From positions 2,108,001 to 2,172,000 of the forward strand of contig JBODTK010000001.1 in assembly GCA_050613775.1 (NCBI GenBank): DNA of 64,000 nt, given 5' to 3'. Each line of letters opens with the position of its first letter. Position 1 is the first letter of the stretch. The notes beneath the pieces were generated by a model, which saw nothing but the letters and a program-made list of their open reading frames with translations, did not search any database and was not told where the DNA came from. The position numbers and the translations under genes were made by a program. The DNA is from Neocallimastix sp. 'constans'. Its lineage: Eukaryota. Of this stretch, positions 1 through 15,385 are shown in pieces.

Positions 1-1032
1 TTAGATGAATTTGAAGAATTAATTGAAAAATGTAATAGAATGTGCAAAATTATTCATCATATGTGTAATATTTATAGGAAGACTGAGTACCAACATTGGA
101 TCAATACTGGATGTGAATATATGAAATCTTATAACCCAAAGAAAGCTAGATATTGAGGTAATTTCGTCCTCTCTGCTCTTTATGAAATAGTTTTTTAAAT
201 ATTAATTTAGTTTCATGTATTTTTTTATTATATGATATATTTTATATTATTATATTAATGTAATTCTTATTAAATATTAAATAAAGTTATACCCAGTCAA
301 AAAAAAAAAAAAAAAAATCTGTAAAAATCATGATATTTAATAAAATTTTTTATAATTTCCAAATATTGTCCAATATCAAATAGTAATGTAAACACTATTA
401 TCACAGATATGAATAATATAAAATCAAGTACAGCTTCTAATAGTAGTAACGTAGTATATAATATTAATAATAATAACAATAGAAATAATATTGTTAATAA
501 TAGTAGTATTAATGATAGTGAAAATATTAATATTAATATTAGTAATAGTGAAAATAATAGTATCGTTACTTCTAATGTAGTGAATAGTTCATTTGATGAA
601 AATCATTTCAATATTAGTAATTTCTAAATAAAGAGCGTGTAGAAATATATACAACGTGGTACCGATTATATAACTTCCTTCTTCGTGGAAGACATACAGA
701 CATTATTGATATAAATTATAAAAAGAAATGGGATGTTTTGTTTAAAAACCAAATTGTTTCTGGTGATTATTTAAAAACGCCATTCTTGGTGCTATCTGCG
801 GCTCTCTTAATAGAAATTATGCCTCGGGCTAGTACTCGACATGGTTACAATTCCGAAAATATAAGCTCAAACTAACCAGGATCATAAATTTCTCTCTTGA
901 TTCCAAAACATTTATACCTATCCTACCTAATAAAATTTTTTAGTAAAAAAAATGATTCATCCGTGGTAGTTTTCTTGCAATAAACTACAAGCGGTTTATG
1001 ATCAAATACATAAAGATAATTAACAAAATATG
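1..1032 (+). mobile_element. Possible degenerate non-LTR retrotransposon (LINE-like ORF2) fragments
   Basis: Broken + strand frames in sequence more GC-rich than the flanks: 1..156 LDEFEELIEKCNRMCKIIHHMCNIYRKTEYQHWINTGCEYMKSYNPKKARY*, an N/S-rich frame at 409..627, then a frameshift into 624..875 LNKERVEIYTTWYRLYNFLLRG...TPFLVLSAALLIEIMPRAS. The LINE assignment rests on recalled resemblance only; no RT or endonuclease catalytic motif is visible. Confidence 0.3.
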
Positions 1033-1440
1033 AAGTAAAAGTTTACAATTGCTTTTTTTTTTTTTTTATGGAAATTTATCTAATTTGTCTGCTAAAATTA
1101 ATTTACTATCTTTATCCCATACATAAATATTTTGTGATTTCATCATGGAAATGTAGAAAATATCTATGTAGGTGGAATATTATATATCGTGGTTATGTGT
1201 TTAATTACATTACACATTATACTACATTATTAAGTGTAAAATGACTTTATTCATTGTATAATTTAGTGTAACGTTAAATGTTACCAATAATGTTAAACTA
1301 TTATTAAAAAAAAAAATATTATAAATAATATGTAGTGACGTATTCTTAAATGAATATGTCTTTCTTAATTTAGAGCAATAAAGTAAATAAACACATAATA
1401 AAATATAAATATTATTTCTGATTTTAATTATTATATTTAA

Positions 1441-1474
1441 CAACAACAACAATAACAACAACAACAACAATAAC

Positions 1475-1522
<48 letters not shown>

Positions 1523-1634
1523 TAATAATAATAATAATAATAAATGATAATAAATAATAATAATAATAAATAATAATAATAATAATAATAAATAATAATA
1601 ATAATAATAAATAATAATAATAATAATAATAATA

Positions 1635-1676
<42 letters not shown>
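1441..1676. repeat. (AAC)n/(AAT)n microsatellite
   Basis: Read directly: AAC units grade into AAT units with occasional AAAT. Confidence 0.95.
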
Positions 1677-2082
1677 TAATTAATTAATTTATATTTTTTA
1701 TTATTATTATTTTTTTATTTTTATTTTTATTTTTCTTTTATTTTAAAATTAGTTTTTATTATAATCATTATTATTATTTTGTTCTGTTTATATGTATATA
1801 TATTTTAATATTTTAATTATCATTATTATTGTTATTATTCTGTTCTGTTTATATATAAGTATTTTATTATTTTTTTTATTAATTTATTTTTATTATTTTA
1901 TTATTACATACATATAATAATATATTAATATTATATATATGATAACTTAATTTGAATTTGTTTTTAAAATATTTAAATGTTTGAAGCTATTTAATGGTTT
2001 CATTAATTATTACTATTTTATTTTATTCCTTTTTTAAATATAATATTTTTGGATAAAATTTTTAATTATTTAATTGCTATTT

Positions 2083-2135
<53 letters not shown>

Positions 2136-2276
2136 ATTTATAATATATAATTGATAAAGTGCTTATGGATATATTTATAAAACAATAATATATATATAAA
2201 CGTATTATAGTAATTGCTTAATAAAATTATGATTATTGCCAATAATACTATTTATATTTATGCTTAATTAAATTGC

Positions 2277-4550
2277 TTATTCATCATCATCCATATCATC
2301 ATCATCATCATCCAAAGATTCCTATAAATAAAAATTATAAATTTATAATTAATTTTTTTTATGAAGTTTTATATAATAATTTATATAGTATTGAGTTATA
2401 CTGATTGATATATTATTTGTTATTTGAAATTACCTTAGCTTTTCTTTCAGCTAAATATATTAATTATAATATAAATTTACCAAAAAAAAAAAAAAATTTT
2501 TTTAAGTTATATAAAGAAATAAATTATTAATACAAATATTAATTTATTAAAGGTTGCATTATTATTAAATTTTACCTTCTTCAACAAGATCAGCTGGAAC
2601 CTCAACATGCTTCTTGCCAGATTCATCGCAAATCCAAGTATATTCAATTTCATAATCTCTGTCTTTTATATCATCTTCCATAACAGAATACATACTTTTT
2701 TTTTATTATTTTATTGTCAATGATAAATTATTATAATTAAATATTATGATAATAATAGTTCAATCAAAAGTTAAAAAAAAAAAATAATATTGTGTCACCA
2801 TAAAAGCACATATTATATATTTTATAATATAATATATAATATCAAAAAATAATTACATTCTAGCAACTTCCATAACAGCTTCACGAGTAGTTATTTCATT
2901 TAACTTCAATTTTTCTATTTCAGCTTTAGCAATTTGCTTATTTTTACCTACAGCACAACCAAAGTATCCCTAAATTTATATATTTCAATTAATTTATCAT
3001 AAATTAATATTTTTTTAACTACATCATATTTAGATTTTGCTTACCCAATAAACACCAGATGGATCAATCATATATAAACTTGGACCAACATTATCATAAG
3101 TTGCAATAAGAGTGCTACAACCAAATGGTCTGACACTAGAGTATAAAGTATAAGCCTGAACAAATTGTCCCATTCTATCAGCAATCATCTATTTATATAT
3201 TAATAAAATTATGTTGTATAAATAAAAAATGATTATAAATATTAAATTGTTATATAGAATATTAAAAATAAATTGAATATTTTTAAATTCATTTAATTAA
3301 TTAAACGTAATTCTTACTTTTCCAGAAATTGGAATTCTGAAATTATCTTTATAATTTTGTGCTTCAGCTCTTGCTCTCTTTATAAGTGCCTTACCATCAG
3401 CAATTAAACCTGGACATACCTAAAAATAATTAGTATTATATAAATTATATATTATATAAAGTTATTTAATATACTATATTAATATAGAAATAGATAATTG
3501 TTTTTTGAAAGGCATCATTATTCAAAAGAAAATAAAATTTTATAAAAATTATCTAAAATTGTAAAATTTTAAATTTTTATAGTAATTGAATGTTTTCTCG
3601 TATTATAATAAATGTATTTGCATTTTTTGTTTAAATAAGATAAATTTTTATAATAACCATTCCAATATGTTGATCGATAGAAGCAATTCTTTTATTTGAT
3701 TTTGGAACTAATAATTTAGAATGGACAAGCTTTGATATAGCTAATACAATACCATCCTTAGCTCTTAAACCAATACATAATCTATAAAGTTTTATTATAT
3801 ATATAATATATAATATATAATTTGGAATATATGATTTATATATATTTAATGATTAGAAATTTTAATTTAAAATTGAGAAATATTCATTTATGACACTTAA
3901 ATCTAATATTTTTATAATATCCAAATAATTTTATTTTATTGATCATAAAAATGAATAGTACATCTAATTAAATATTAATAAATTTCACATTTTAAAAAAT
4001 TATTTTTTTCTATAATTTCTATAATATGTTGCTTTTGTTTTTATATATATATAAAACTATATAGATAATAGTAATTATTTATTATAATTTATCTTCCATA
4101 TTTATTTTATATGAAATATTTATTAATATAATGTTTAATAAATTCTTACCCACTGTTGTCGACTGCTTTCATGGCATATTCGACTTGGAAAATTCTACCA
4201 TCGAGTGAATAGGTAGAAGAAGAAAGATCATACTTATAAATTTAGAAATAATTAATATTATTGAATTATATATTAAAAAATAAAAATATAAATTTTATAT
4301 GATCAGTAATAATTTAAGTAATTAGTAAATTCATTTTTTATTATTTATAATTGTATCATTATAAAGAGAGGTTATTCTATTTATTCTGTTTAATTATACT
4401 ATTTTTTTTTTTTTTTTTTTTTTTACTGTTTATTTGACTACATAATATCAGATTATAAATTATTTACATATAAATTGATATATGTGCAATTTGGAAAATA
4501 TAATTTTAAATTTCAATTCTCTTTTTAGAAATTTTGTAATTTTTTTATTG

Positions 4551-4627
<77 letters not shown>

Positions 4628-4818
4628 CAATTTTATTTTAACAAATAAATATTATTTTTATATTTAATTTTCTATTTATTCATTTATTTTAATATTATTT
4701 TATAATTTTGTTTTTTATTATTTTTATTTTACAGCTTTTATAATAATAATTTTTAATAAATATAATAATATTAATAAAAAGACAAGGTGAAATTTACTCC
4801 AGTTCCAATTGAACTCAT
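2277..4818 (-). CDS. PRE10: 20S proteasome subunit alpha-7 (PRE10/PSMA3), 9 exons, 255 aa
   Basis: Exons 4798-4818, 4150-4232, 3658-3781, 3318-3419, 3045-3188, 2857-2969, 2576-2694, 2434-2450, 2277-2321. All introns are GT-AG and the exons total 768 nt in frame. Translation: [35 protein letters not shown]...[13 protein letters not shown]...[20 protein letters not shown]...acidic tail. MSSIGTGYDLS and [12 protein letters not shown] are diagnostic of alpha-7. Confidence 0.96.
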
Positions 4819-6579
4819 TTTAAAAGTCTTTTTTTTTTTTTTTTTAATGATATAAAATATTAATCAAAGAGAAAAAATATTAGTAAATAAAGATATTTAT
4901 GAAACTATTTGTAACATATTTAATAAATATAAAACAAATACTATTAATTAAATAAAATTTACATACTATTGATTTCTAATTTATAATTTAATTTAAATCT
5001 TTAATATATAAATATTTTTTATTTTTTTTTTTTTATAATTTTTTTTTAAAAAATAGTAATTAATTATTAAATGAAAATAAAATTTTAAATAAATTTAATT
5101 TTTTTTAATAATATATTTAATAAAATTAATTTGAATATATATAAATTTTAATTAAATATATTAATAATTTAAGGTAAAAATTTCAAATGTAAAATTCATG
5201 AATTATTAAATATCAGGAATTTAATAATGCTTTAATTCAATTGGAAGCTTAATTTAAAATAAATAAAGAGATTAAATATATGGGTATAAAATAATTTCAA
5301 AAGAAAAAAAAATAACATTGTTAAATTAAGAGTATTATTTATTATTATTATTATTATTATTAATATTTAATTGAATAATGTATAAAAAATATATGTAATA
5401 TATGTAATATGATAGATATATTTATATTATAATTAATTAAATTTCAAATAGTTTTATCAAAAGTTTAAAATTATTACATAAATAAATTTTATTAAATTAG
5501 TAGTAATTAAAAATGTCAATTAAAAATTAGCAATTAGCTAATAAGCATTAATAATAGAAGGGGATATTTTATATATTTGAAAAATTTATACATAACAAAG
5601 TTAGATATTTATTGAAGAGATAAAAATCCATGTTATATAATTAAATTGACAGATTAAAAATATATTAATATTTTAATTAATGGTGTTATTATTTAATAAA
5701 GTTATCCATCAGTTATAATGGTATTTATATAAATTTATTATAAATATTCTTTAAATAAGAAAGAATATATATATTCTAATTTTTTTTTTTTTTTTTTTTT
5801 TTAAAAAAAAGAAAAAAAAGAAAAAAAAGAAAAAAAAAAGTTTATAATAGTATTTATAAATTTAAAAATTTTTAATATAAATAATTTATTTACTCTTAAA
5901 AAGGTATATATATAAGTTCCAAATATTTATATACATAATAGTATTTATAATAAATTTTGGTGTAAATAATTCATAAATTAGTAAAAAGGTATTTATAGAA
6001 GTTTTAAAAAATGTTAAAAATAAAGATATTTCATATAAATGATATGCGATCAATCAGAATAGTAAAATTGTATCATTAAAATAAAAATAAATTTATTAGA
6101 ATTTTATAATTATGATATTAATATAAATTATTTAAATATATTGAATGACTATCTATATATTTATCTTTATATTTTATAAGGAGTAGTAATGAATTTAACT
6201 TTTATAAATATATTAATTCTTAAAAATACTAATATATATATCTAAGATAATGTGAGAATATTAACCTATGTTAATGATATATCACATTTTTTTTTTTGTT
6301 GATGTGAATTAGAAGTTAAATTTAAATATATACATTTATATATTTGATACATATTGAATGAAATAATGTAATACGACTATTTCTATATTATCAATAATTT
6401 TTTGATGTTATTTTTCATTTTTAATTTAAAAAATTTCACTTTATTTATAATTAAAATTGAAGGTATTTATTTTTAATATCATTTAAGAGCTTTATTTAAT
6501 ATACAAATAATATTCTCTATTATAATTATTATTTTAAAAATTGATTAATTAAAAATTTTTATCTTTACCAATAATAAAC

Positions 6580-6620
<41 letters not shown>

Positions 6621-7062
6621 TTGTTATTATATAAATTTATATATATAATAACAATAACGATGACTAGCACTATAACGATATGATAACAATAACAATAACA
6701 ATGATTATAATTATATTCATATTTATAATATTATATCATTTTTTCTTTTATATGTATTACGTATTATAATTTATTTTATTTATTGCAAATTTATTATTAA
6801 TGACATAATAAAAACAATAAAAAATAAATGAAAACACTGATAACATAATAAACTATTATAATAGAATATAATAGAGTTCTAAATCATGATATAATAATTT
6901 AATAATATAATAAAAGGATTTAAAGACATATACTAGTAAACTTAGAAAATGATATAATAGAAATAGATATTAATAAAGAAGGATAAATGATGATTAATAA
7001 TTTCTATTTTTAATTTTTTTTATTTAGTTATTATGCGATATATTTATATAATTTTTAATTAT

Positions 7063-7867
7063 TTAATCTTCTTCTACTTGTCCTGTTTCCAAAAATCTAA
7101 AAAATATTATTAATTAATAAATAAAGCTTAGTTATATATACGCATAGTGTATAATATTAAAAGTTTTAAATTACCTTTGGTAACTTTCATTGTTTTTTAT
7201 ATAAAATTGTGGTACAATAAATAAAAAGTATGCTAAATATTCTAATTCTTTTTCTTTAGCAGTAGTAACTTTTTTGAATAGACATTTATAACAGAAGAGC
7301 ATAGCTAATAATGATAATGCATATATTATAATTACTTCTAATACAGATTTATTGATAAATGAATACATATATGATATAAAAATATCATTGATTTTATAAA
7401 TAGCACCAAAAAGATCTTCTTTCAGGGCGCTTTGATATTTTATAAATTTATTATTAATGGCATTATTTATTTGAAAATTTAAATCTTTTTCATTAAAGAA
7501 ATTTCCTTTTGGTTTTAAATCTGAAATATCTCTTATAAATCTTTTAATAACTGTTACATATTCATTCATTTTCAAAGTGTATGGAGTATTAGCAATTTCT
7601 TCAGTATAACCTATTATTTTATATTTAAATTTTTATATTATTATTATTAATAATACTATTATTATATTATTATATAAAAATAATAGCTTTAAAATATGAA
7701 TTTAATATACCAAATGATGAATCAAATTTTCTGTTTGAACAACTGGCTTCATATATTGCTTTTCTTACGCAACCTTGCTCATAAGTAACATAAACTAATT
7801 TGCTATTTGAATTTATTGAAGCTTTACTATCTGTTTCCTTATATATTCTATCAACACCCTTTCATTA

Positions 7868-7934
<67 letters not shown>

Positions 7935-7935
7935 G

Positions 7936-7970
<35 letters not shown>

Positions 7971-10900
7971 AAAATAAATAAAAAAATAAATAAATAAATA
8001 AATAAATAAATAAGTGTTTATAAATAAATATAGTAAAATTTTTACTTCTAAAAGATCTAAATATTCATTTAGTTTTCTTTTGGCTTCATATTTTACATAA
8101 GTATACTCATCATTAAAGAATTGTTCATATGAAAATAATTCCAGTTGATTTATATAATAGCCTTTTTTTGCCTAAAAAAAAAAAGGATAATTATTAAAAA
8201 TTTTATAAAATTTCATATATTATATTAATATTCATATATATATTTTAAAAACATACCATGTTCATTTGATAATTCAAATTACTTAAAATTTCGGATTTGA
8301 ATGACTTTAAAATTTTTTATAAAAATAATTTTATTAAAATATAATATTTATAATAATAAATTGTTTTTTAGGTAATTTATGATTATATTATATTTTTACC
8401 ATAACAGGAGCAAACATAATAAAAGTTGGAATTGCTATCAAAAATATACCTATTAAGAAATAAATATATGTCCAAAAAGTTGGATGTTGGCTTGTAAAGC
8501 TTGTCAATTGATTATCATCAATTATTGTAAAATCTTTCTTCTTATTTTTTTTATTATTTTCATCCATATCATCATTTTGCTGTTCATTAGTATCATCATC
8601 ATCAAAGTTTTCTGCTAAAAATTCTAATTGGCTTTCATATTTTTTGATCATTTCGTCAATACATGCTAAATATCAAAATAAATAATAATTATTATAAAAA
8701 CAAAAAATCATTATTAATAATTATTATAAATATAGTTAAGATAAATAGCTATTTTTTTTTATTATATTACATTTTGGCACACGGCCAAACATAGTTAATG
8801 ATTTTGTTTCAGTTGAAATAGTATATTTTATAATTGGTTTTAAAACTGTTTAAATTTTAAGTATTTGATATAATTATATTATAAAAAAATAAACAATTTA
8901 ATTTGTAAATATGTTTTAGTGAGAGAATAATTTTTCATCATGATATTGTTTTAATATTTACCAAAGAAAATTAAAAACCCAAATTCAAATATTATAAATG
9001 CCATAGTAATATATGTTATAATACTTTGAAGTGAACAGATTTGCTTAACTTTATCAATAATAGATTTCATCGATTCTTCAAATATAATCCTGAATGAGTT
9101 TTTGTTGTTTTCTAAGTTTAAAAAATGTATAATAATTTAATTAATTTTATTTATTTATAATAGTAAATTAGTTAAATACTTATACAAATACGTACCACTA
9201 AAGAATCTATATCATTAGAAGATAAATAAGAAAAAATGAATGTATTATTATAAGAATTAAAATTAATTAATATTTTTAAATTAATTATTAAAAAATAAAA
9301 AAAAAATGATTAATATTTATAATTGTTCGTTCTATAATGATTGATTTAAAATATATTATATGATACAAAATAAAATAAAATAAAAAAAAAAAATTAAATT
9401 AAACAAAATAAAATAAAATATAATAGTATACCTATAATATGGACTAAAGAAATAATTTTCGTTGACTTTATATGTAGAATAATCTAGATATATTATTTAT
9501 AAATGTTTATAAATGTTTATTAAATTGAAGCATATATATATATATATTTTTTTTTTTTTATTAATTACCTGTTTCATTAATAATTGAATTAACAGTTGAT
9601 AAAGAAATAATTAAATCAAATATATCAGATTTAACCAATGAATCTGTTGTTTCATTTGATGTACCGTATAGTAAATATTCTTTTGATAATGAATATGTTG
9701 AAAAAGACAAAATATCATCAACAATTAATTCATTTAATTCATTATTAATATACTCGTTTAAAGGTTTAACTATATTATATAAATTTTCATTTTTTCCCAT
9801 ATATGCAATAGATGTTAATCTTGTTTTTAAAGAAATAGTAGATGATAACCAATACCCTTGAATATTAATTTTCATTAATGGAATGAATCCAACAATAAAA
9901 GTATATAATATTAAATTTAATATAAAACTATATGAAATTTATGAAAATTATTATATTAGTATAAAAAATATAGTAAGGATAACATTAATATTTTTTAATT
10001 TAAATTTCTTAAAGGAGCATACTTGAATGTTATAGCTGACATTAAAGAGATTAAAAATAATTGCATTCTATGTGTATATTTTTTAAATGGATTTATATAT
10101 CTATTTTTCATTTTATTCCTTTTATTGAAACATATAAATAATAGTAAATTATTAGCTATTATAATGTATTCATTTTTATTTTTTATCAATAAAATATTAA
10201 TAAAATTATTAATATTATTATTATATTAAATACCTTAATCCAAGAATTCTTGTGAAGTCCTCATGTTTAACATAAAATGAATCAATGTCTTCATTTAAAG
10301 AATCACTTGATTTTAAATTATGACTAACTGACAGTCTACCATTAGAATACATTGATCTTCTTCTATTTAATTCACTTAATCTTCTTCTTTGTTGAACTTC
10401 GACTTTATAATCATCATTTAAGAAAGAATTTCTGGGTTTCAATAATTCTGGAACGATATCATCAAGTTCTGAATCCTTGATATTGCTATCATCATCATTT
10501 TCAGGAACTTTTGGATTATCAGTAACAGTAAGATCTCCTTTCGAATATAAATGAACAATATCATGAATTGAATTTTGTTTTTTAAAATCATAAACTGATC
10601 TACGACGAGTTCCATTTTTAGGTATTGTCATAAGGCTTCCTGTTTTATTTTTTTGGGAGGTGGTTTCTTCAATATTATCTTGAGAATTAATCTGCTCTGT
10701 ACTTTTGGTTGGTAAATCAAAATTTGTTTTCTTAGGAGTAATACCATAGGAATAACTGAGAGGTTTGATTCCATCAGCAAATTCGTTACTGCTAGAACTA
10801 CTTTCTAGATTTTCTTCTTCAACAATCTCATCAATAAAAATATTTGATTCAACAATAGGATTAAATGTAATTGAAAGCCTTTTATTATGAAGTGGTTTAA

Positions 10901-12186
10901 CTGTATTTTCTTCTTCTTTTGAAGGTGTATTATGACGAAGAATAGAATGTATTTCAACCTCATCGCCTGTATGAAAAGGATTAAGATCATTTTTTAATGT
11001 TGGCAATTGTTGACTGTGATGACGATATTTCATATTCATATTTAATGGACTGACATCATTATCATCGTCATTATTATCATTAAACGATATTTTTCTATTT
11101 TCGGAGATAGATGATTTTTTCCCTAAATCTAATGAGGATAATCTAGTATGATCGAATGAAAGTCTTTTATCAAAGGAAGATCTTTCACTGTTGTCTATAG
11201 ATGAATTTCTATTATAACGATCATTAGAGAGCTTTCTGATATTATCAACAGAAAATCTTTTTTTGTCGAAAGAATTTCTTCCAATATTATCATATGATAA
11301 CCTTTTATTACCATCATATGTTGGAATTTTACTTATATCGATTGATGATCTTTTAACATAGTCTCCACTGATTTTTCTTATATTATTAATAACTCCCATT
11401 GTCATAATTGATGCTTGATCCATTGTTGCACCCATCTTTCTCAATTGATATGGTAAATCAGTTTTGCTTTTTTCATCGTTCATTATGTCTCGTAAGTTTG
11501 CTTCGGAATTTTTCTTCATATTAGTAGTTGATGATTTTATATTTGAAACTGAGTTCCTTAAATTTCCACGAGATGCTTTCATATTTAATACTGAGGATCT
11601 TAAATTTCCCATAGACATTCTTGGATTAACACTATATTTAAATTCACCGTTTCCTCTTTCAATTTCACAGTATGTTTTAATACAATCATTATATAAATTA
11701 CGATCCTATATAATTATGAAACATTTAATATATATATAAATATTTCAAATATAAATGATTAAAATGTATATAATGAATGACAAATATTATTTTTATAAAT
11801 TTTATAACAATATTAAATAATTAATATTTACCCCAATACTTTTTAAATATTTAAACTATTGAGTGAGTTTACATTCGTGATAGGGATTTATTTATATTCA
11901 AAAAGAAAGTTGTAATTATTTTAATTTAAATACAATTAATTTGTTAATAACTATTCTATATATAAATTATTATTAATACTATTAATATAATTGGGCATAC
12001 AGCTTGTTCGGGTTGATTCTTTATTTAAGTTATATTTTAAATTATATAATATATATGTTAAATTTTATATTCATTCTTTTTTCTAATTTTTACTTATTTA
12101 TTATTATTTATTTGTTTACCATAATATGAACAATAAAAACAACATAAAGATGAAGAATGGTCTTTTAATTAGATAATTTATTGAAA

Positions 12187-12236
<50 letters not shown>

Positions 12237-13343
12237 TAAAGGAATTTAGTAAAAGAGTTCAAATAATAAAGTAATAAAATAAATTAATTTAATTACCTTT
12301 GTTTTATCATATTTTGTTATAAGTTGATAATACTTTTTATCACATTTAACTTGAAATTTAGATAAATTTTTAATGCAATCAATATAAAAATATGTATCTT
12401 TTTTATTTGAACTAGCTCTTAATGATTTTAGTAAAACTTTTATTTCACTTAGAGCTTTCATATGTAATTCGACTGCCTGCGATTTGAGTTGACGATATTC
12501 AATTGAGGTATTTCTAAATGGAGTAAGAAAAAAAATTATAAAACATGAAAAATTACATGAATAACATTTATTAAAAGTTTTTTATATATTAAATATATCT
12601 ATTATTAAAATTACGTTATTTCTTTTAATTGATCGTTATTTGTATCATTTGCTATTTTTTTATCTTCTTTATCTATTAAATTAATTGCTATTGTAATTAA
12701 TAATGTATCTCTGGAACAAGGCTTTTTACTTTTAGCTAATTCAATTAATTGATTCATGTTTTTAATTTCCTTTTCATCCATATATAAATTTAATTTACGA
12801 TTATTATTTTTTAAAAATGTTCTTAATGAAAAAAAGAAGAACCAAAATTCAATATATAACTATTTTATTTAATTTTTTTCAAAGTAAAATTAAAAATCAA
12901 TGTTATTTTTTAAATTATTATTAGTATAATTATAATTTATTAATACATAATATAGCACATTATATATCAATACATACTTGTGTACAATCACTATATTGAA
13001 GAATACTGATATGTATAAATTTTTATTAAATAAATTATTAAATGGGTAATTAATTGTTAATTTCATTTATTTTCATAATTTATATTACATACCCTTCAGA
13101 AAAAATATATTTCATTAATTGATATGCTTCCGGATCTCTATTAAAACTATTAGAATGAAGTAAATATATTATAAGATTATTATAATTAATTTATTTTTCA
13201 ATAATTGTTATTTGATTTGAATATTATATATACAGTATATAACGACAGGCAAGCTCACAATGATGTTCTTTCTTAAACATATTTTTCTTAATTTTTGGCA
13301 TTGAGGAGTTCACTATTATTATCATAATTATTATATATGTATT

Positions 13344-13376
<33 letters not shown>

Positions 13377-14450
13377 TGTAATAAAATTTTTAATTAAATT
13401 TTTATGTATTTTATTATGAAATAAAGTTTACTTATATATATATATAAAACTGTTATTGAAAAACTTACGAATATCATCCATTGAATCAATTAATTGTTCT
13501 TCAGAAAATTTTTTAATATATTTTTCATTAAGTCCTTTTTTTTGAAGTATTTTTTTCTTTCGGATATTTTTATATACATAATCAATTAATTTTGTATATT
13601 TATACTTTGCCAAAAACCAAGCAATAGGTAATACAGGAATCGAAGAAAACATAAATATTTTCCATACTGTAGAATTATTTAAATTCATGATATTAAATAT
13701 TAATGTAATAATTATTTGATACAGCGTACATACAATAAAACTAATTGAATAATAATTCATATTTTGATTATAATATGGATAATATTTAAGATAAGAATGT
13801 AGAATATATAATAATAGTAAAATAGAAATAATCATAGATTCCGTTATATTTAAAAAAGATAAGATATCCATATCAATTAACTATTAAAATATAAAGATAT
13901 TTATTAATAATTATATATTTGTATAATACTGTTTAATTGTATTGTATTTCCAAAAAAAAAAAAACTAAAATAATTAAAAGCATTTATATAAATTTATATA
14001 TACCATGATTAATTTTATAATAAATTGCTTTTCCATAATTGAATTTGATGTTCTTGAAATGATTATTGATTTACTGATTATAAAAGGATTAATAAAATAT
14101 TTTGAAAACTTCAAAGAAAAAAAAAATAATATAATTATTTATGAATATTATATAATATTATATATATAATATTTTGGAATTAAAAATTAGTAATCAATAT
14201 ATTGATTATTGAAATTAATTTATTAATTTAATATTATTAATAGATTTAAATTACCATATATCCAAATATAACATGAATTATTAAATTAATTGATGACAAT
14301 ATTATTCTATTTATTAAAATAAATAAATAAATATATATATATAATATAAAATATATATATATATATATAATATATATAAAATTTTTTTTTTGTTTTAATT
14401 CTTATTTCATTGCATTTCATTTCATATTTTCTAATCATCATTATTATTAA

Positions 14451-14491
<41 letters not shown>

Positions 14492-15293
14492 ATATTTATT
14501 TATATATATTAATAAATTATTAAAATGATTATTACAAAATTATATATTTTATTGTTGATCCTGCTATGGTTTGAATATTTTTATTGAATATATTATTAGA
14601 GGAAAATTTATACACTATAATATAAATATATAAAATAGAATGATAATATATATATATATATTTGGTTGTTAATAATAAAATTTTTATTCCAATGTAACTC
14701 TCTTATTAAATATTAATATATTTTTATATATTAAAAAATTAACTAATAAGTATTACATGGGATATAAAATACTCTAAATAATATAGAGATGAGATCAAAG
14801 TATATATATGAAATAAAAAATATATGTTTTTAGTTGCAGTATAATATTATATATATATATATAAATGAAAATAGAATTAAAAATTTACGTTGATAATAGG
14901 TATATAGATCCTGTAAAATACTATTATTTAATTTTAAATAATATTAATTATTATTACAAGAATTATTTGGTGATAATTTAGAGGGATTTTTATTTATATA
15001 ATTTATTATTTTAATTATTTAAAATATTTTTGCTTACACCAAAAAGAATTTTATTGGGCTTACTTTTTTTTTTTTTTTTTTTTTAATTATATATATGAAT
15101 TAATAAATTATTTATTAAATGCATTATTTTTTCTTTTAATAAAATTTAATATTATAAGTAATATACTTTTTGTTATAAAGATGGTTTTTAAAGTAAACTA
15201 ATAATATTAATTATTATTTATTGTATCAAATTATATTGATATTTAAGTATATGGTATTTAAATAGTTGAATATAAAATAAAAAATAATGATAT

Positions 15294-15332
<39 letters not shown>

Positions 15333-15343
15333 TTAATATTAAT

Positions 15344-15385
<42 letters not shown>

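Noticed and set aside
9928..10022. U12-type intron (TCCTTAC branch-like motif on the minus strand)
   Set aside because: The donor is GTATGC, not GTATCCTT, so this is an ordinary U2 intron.
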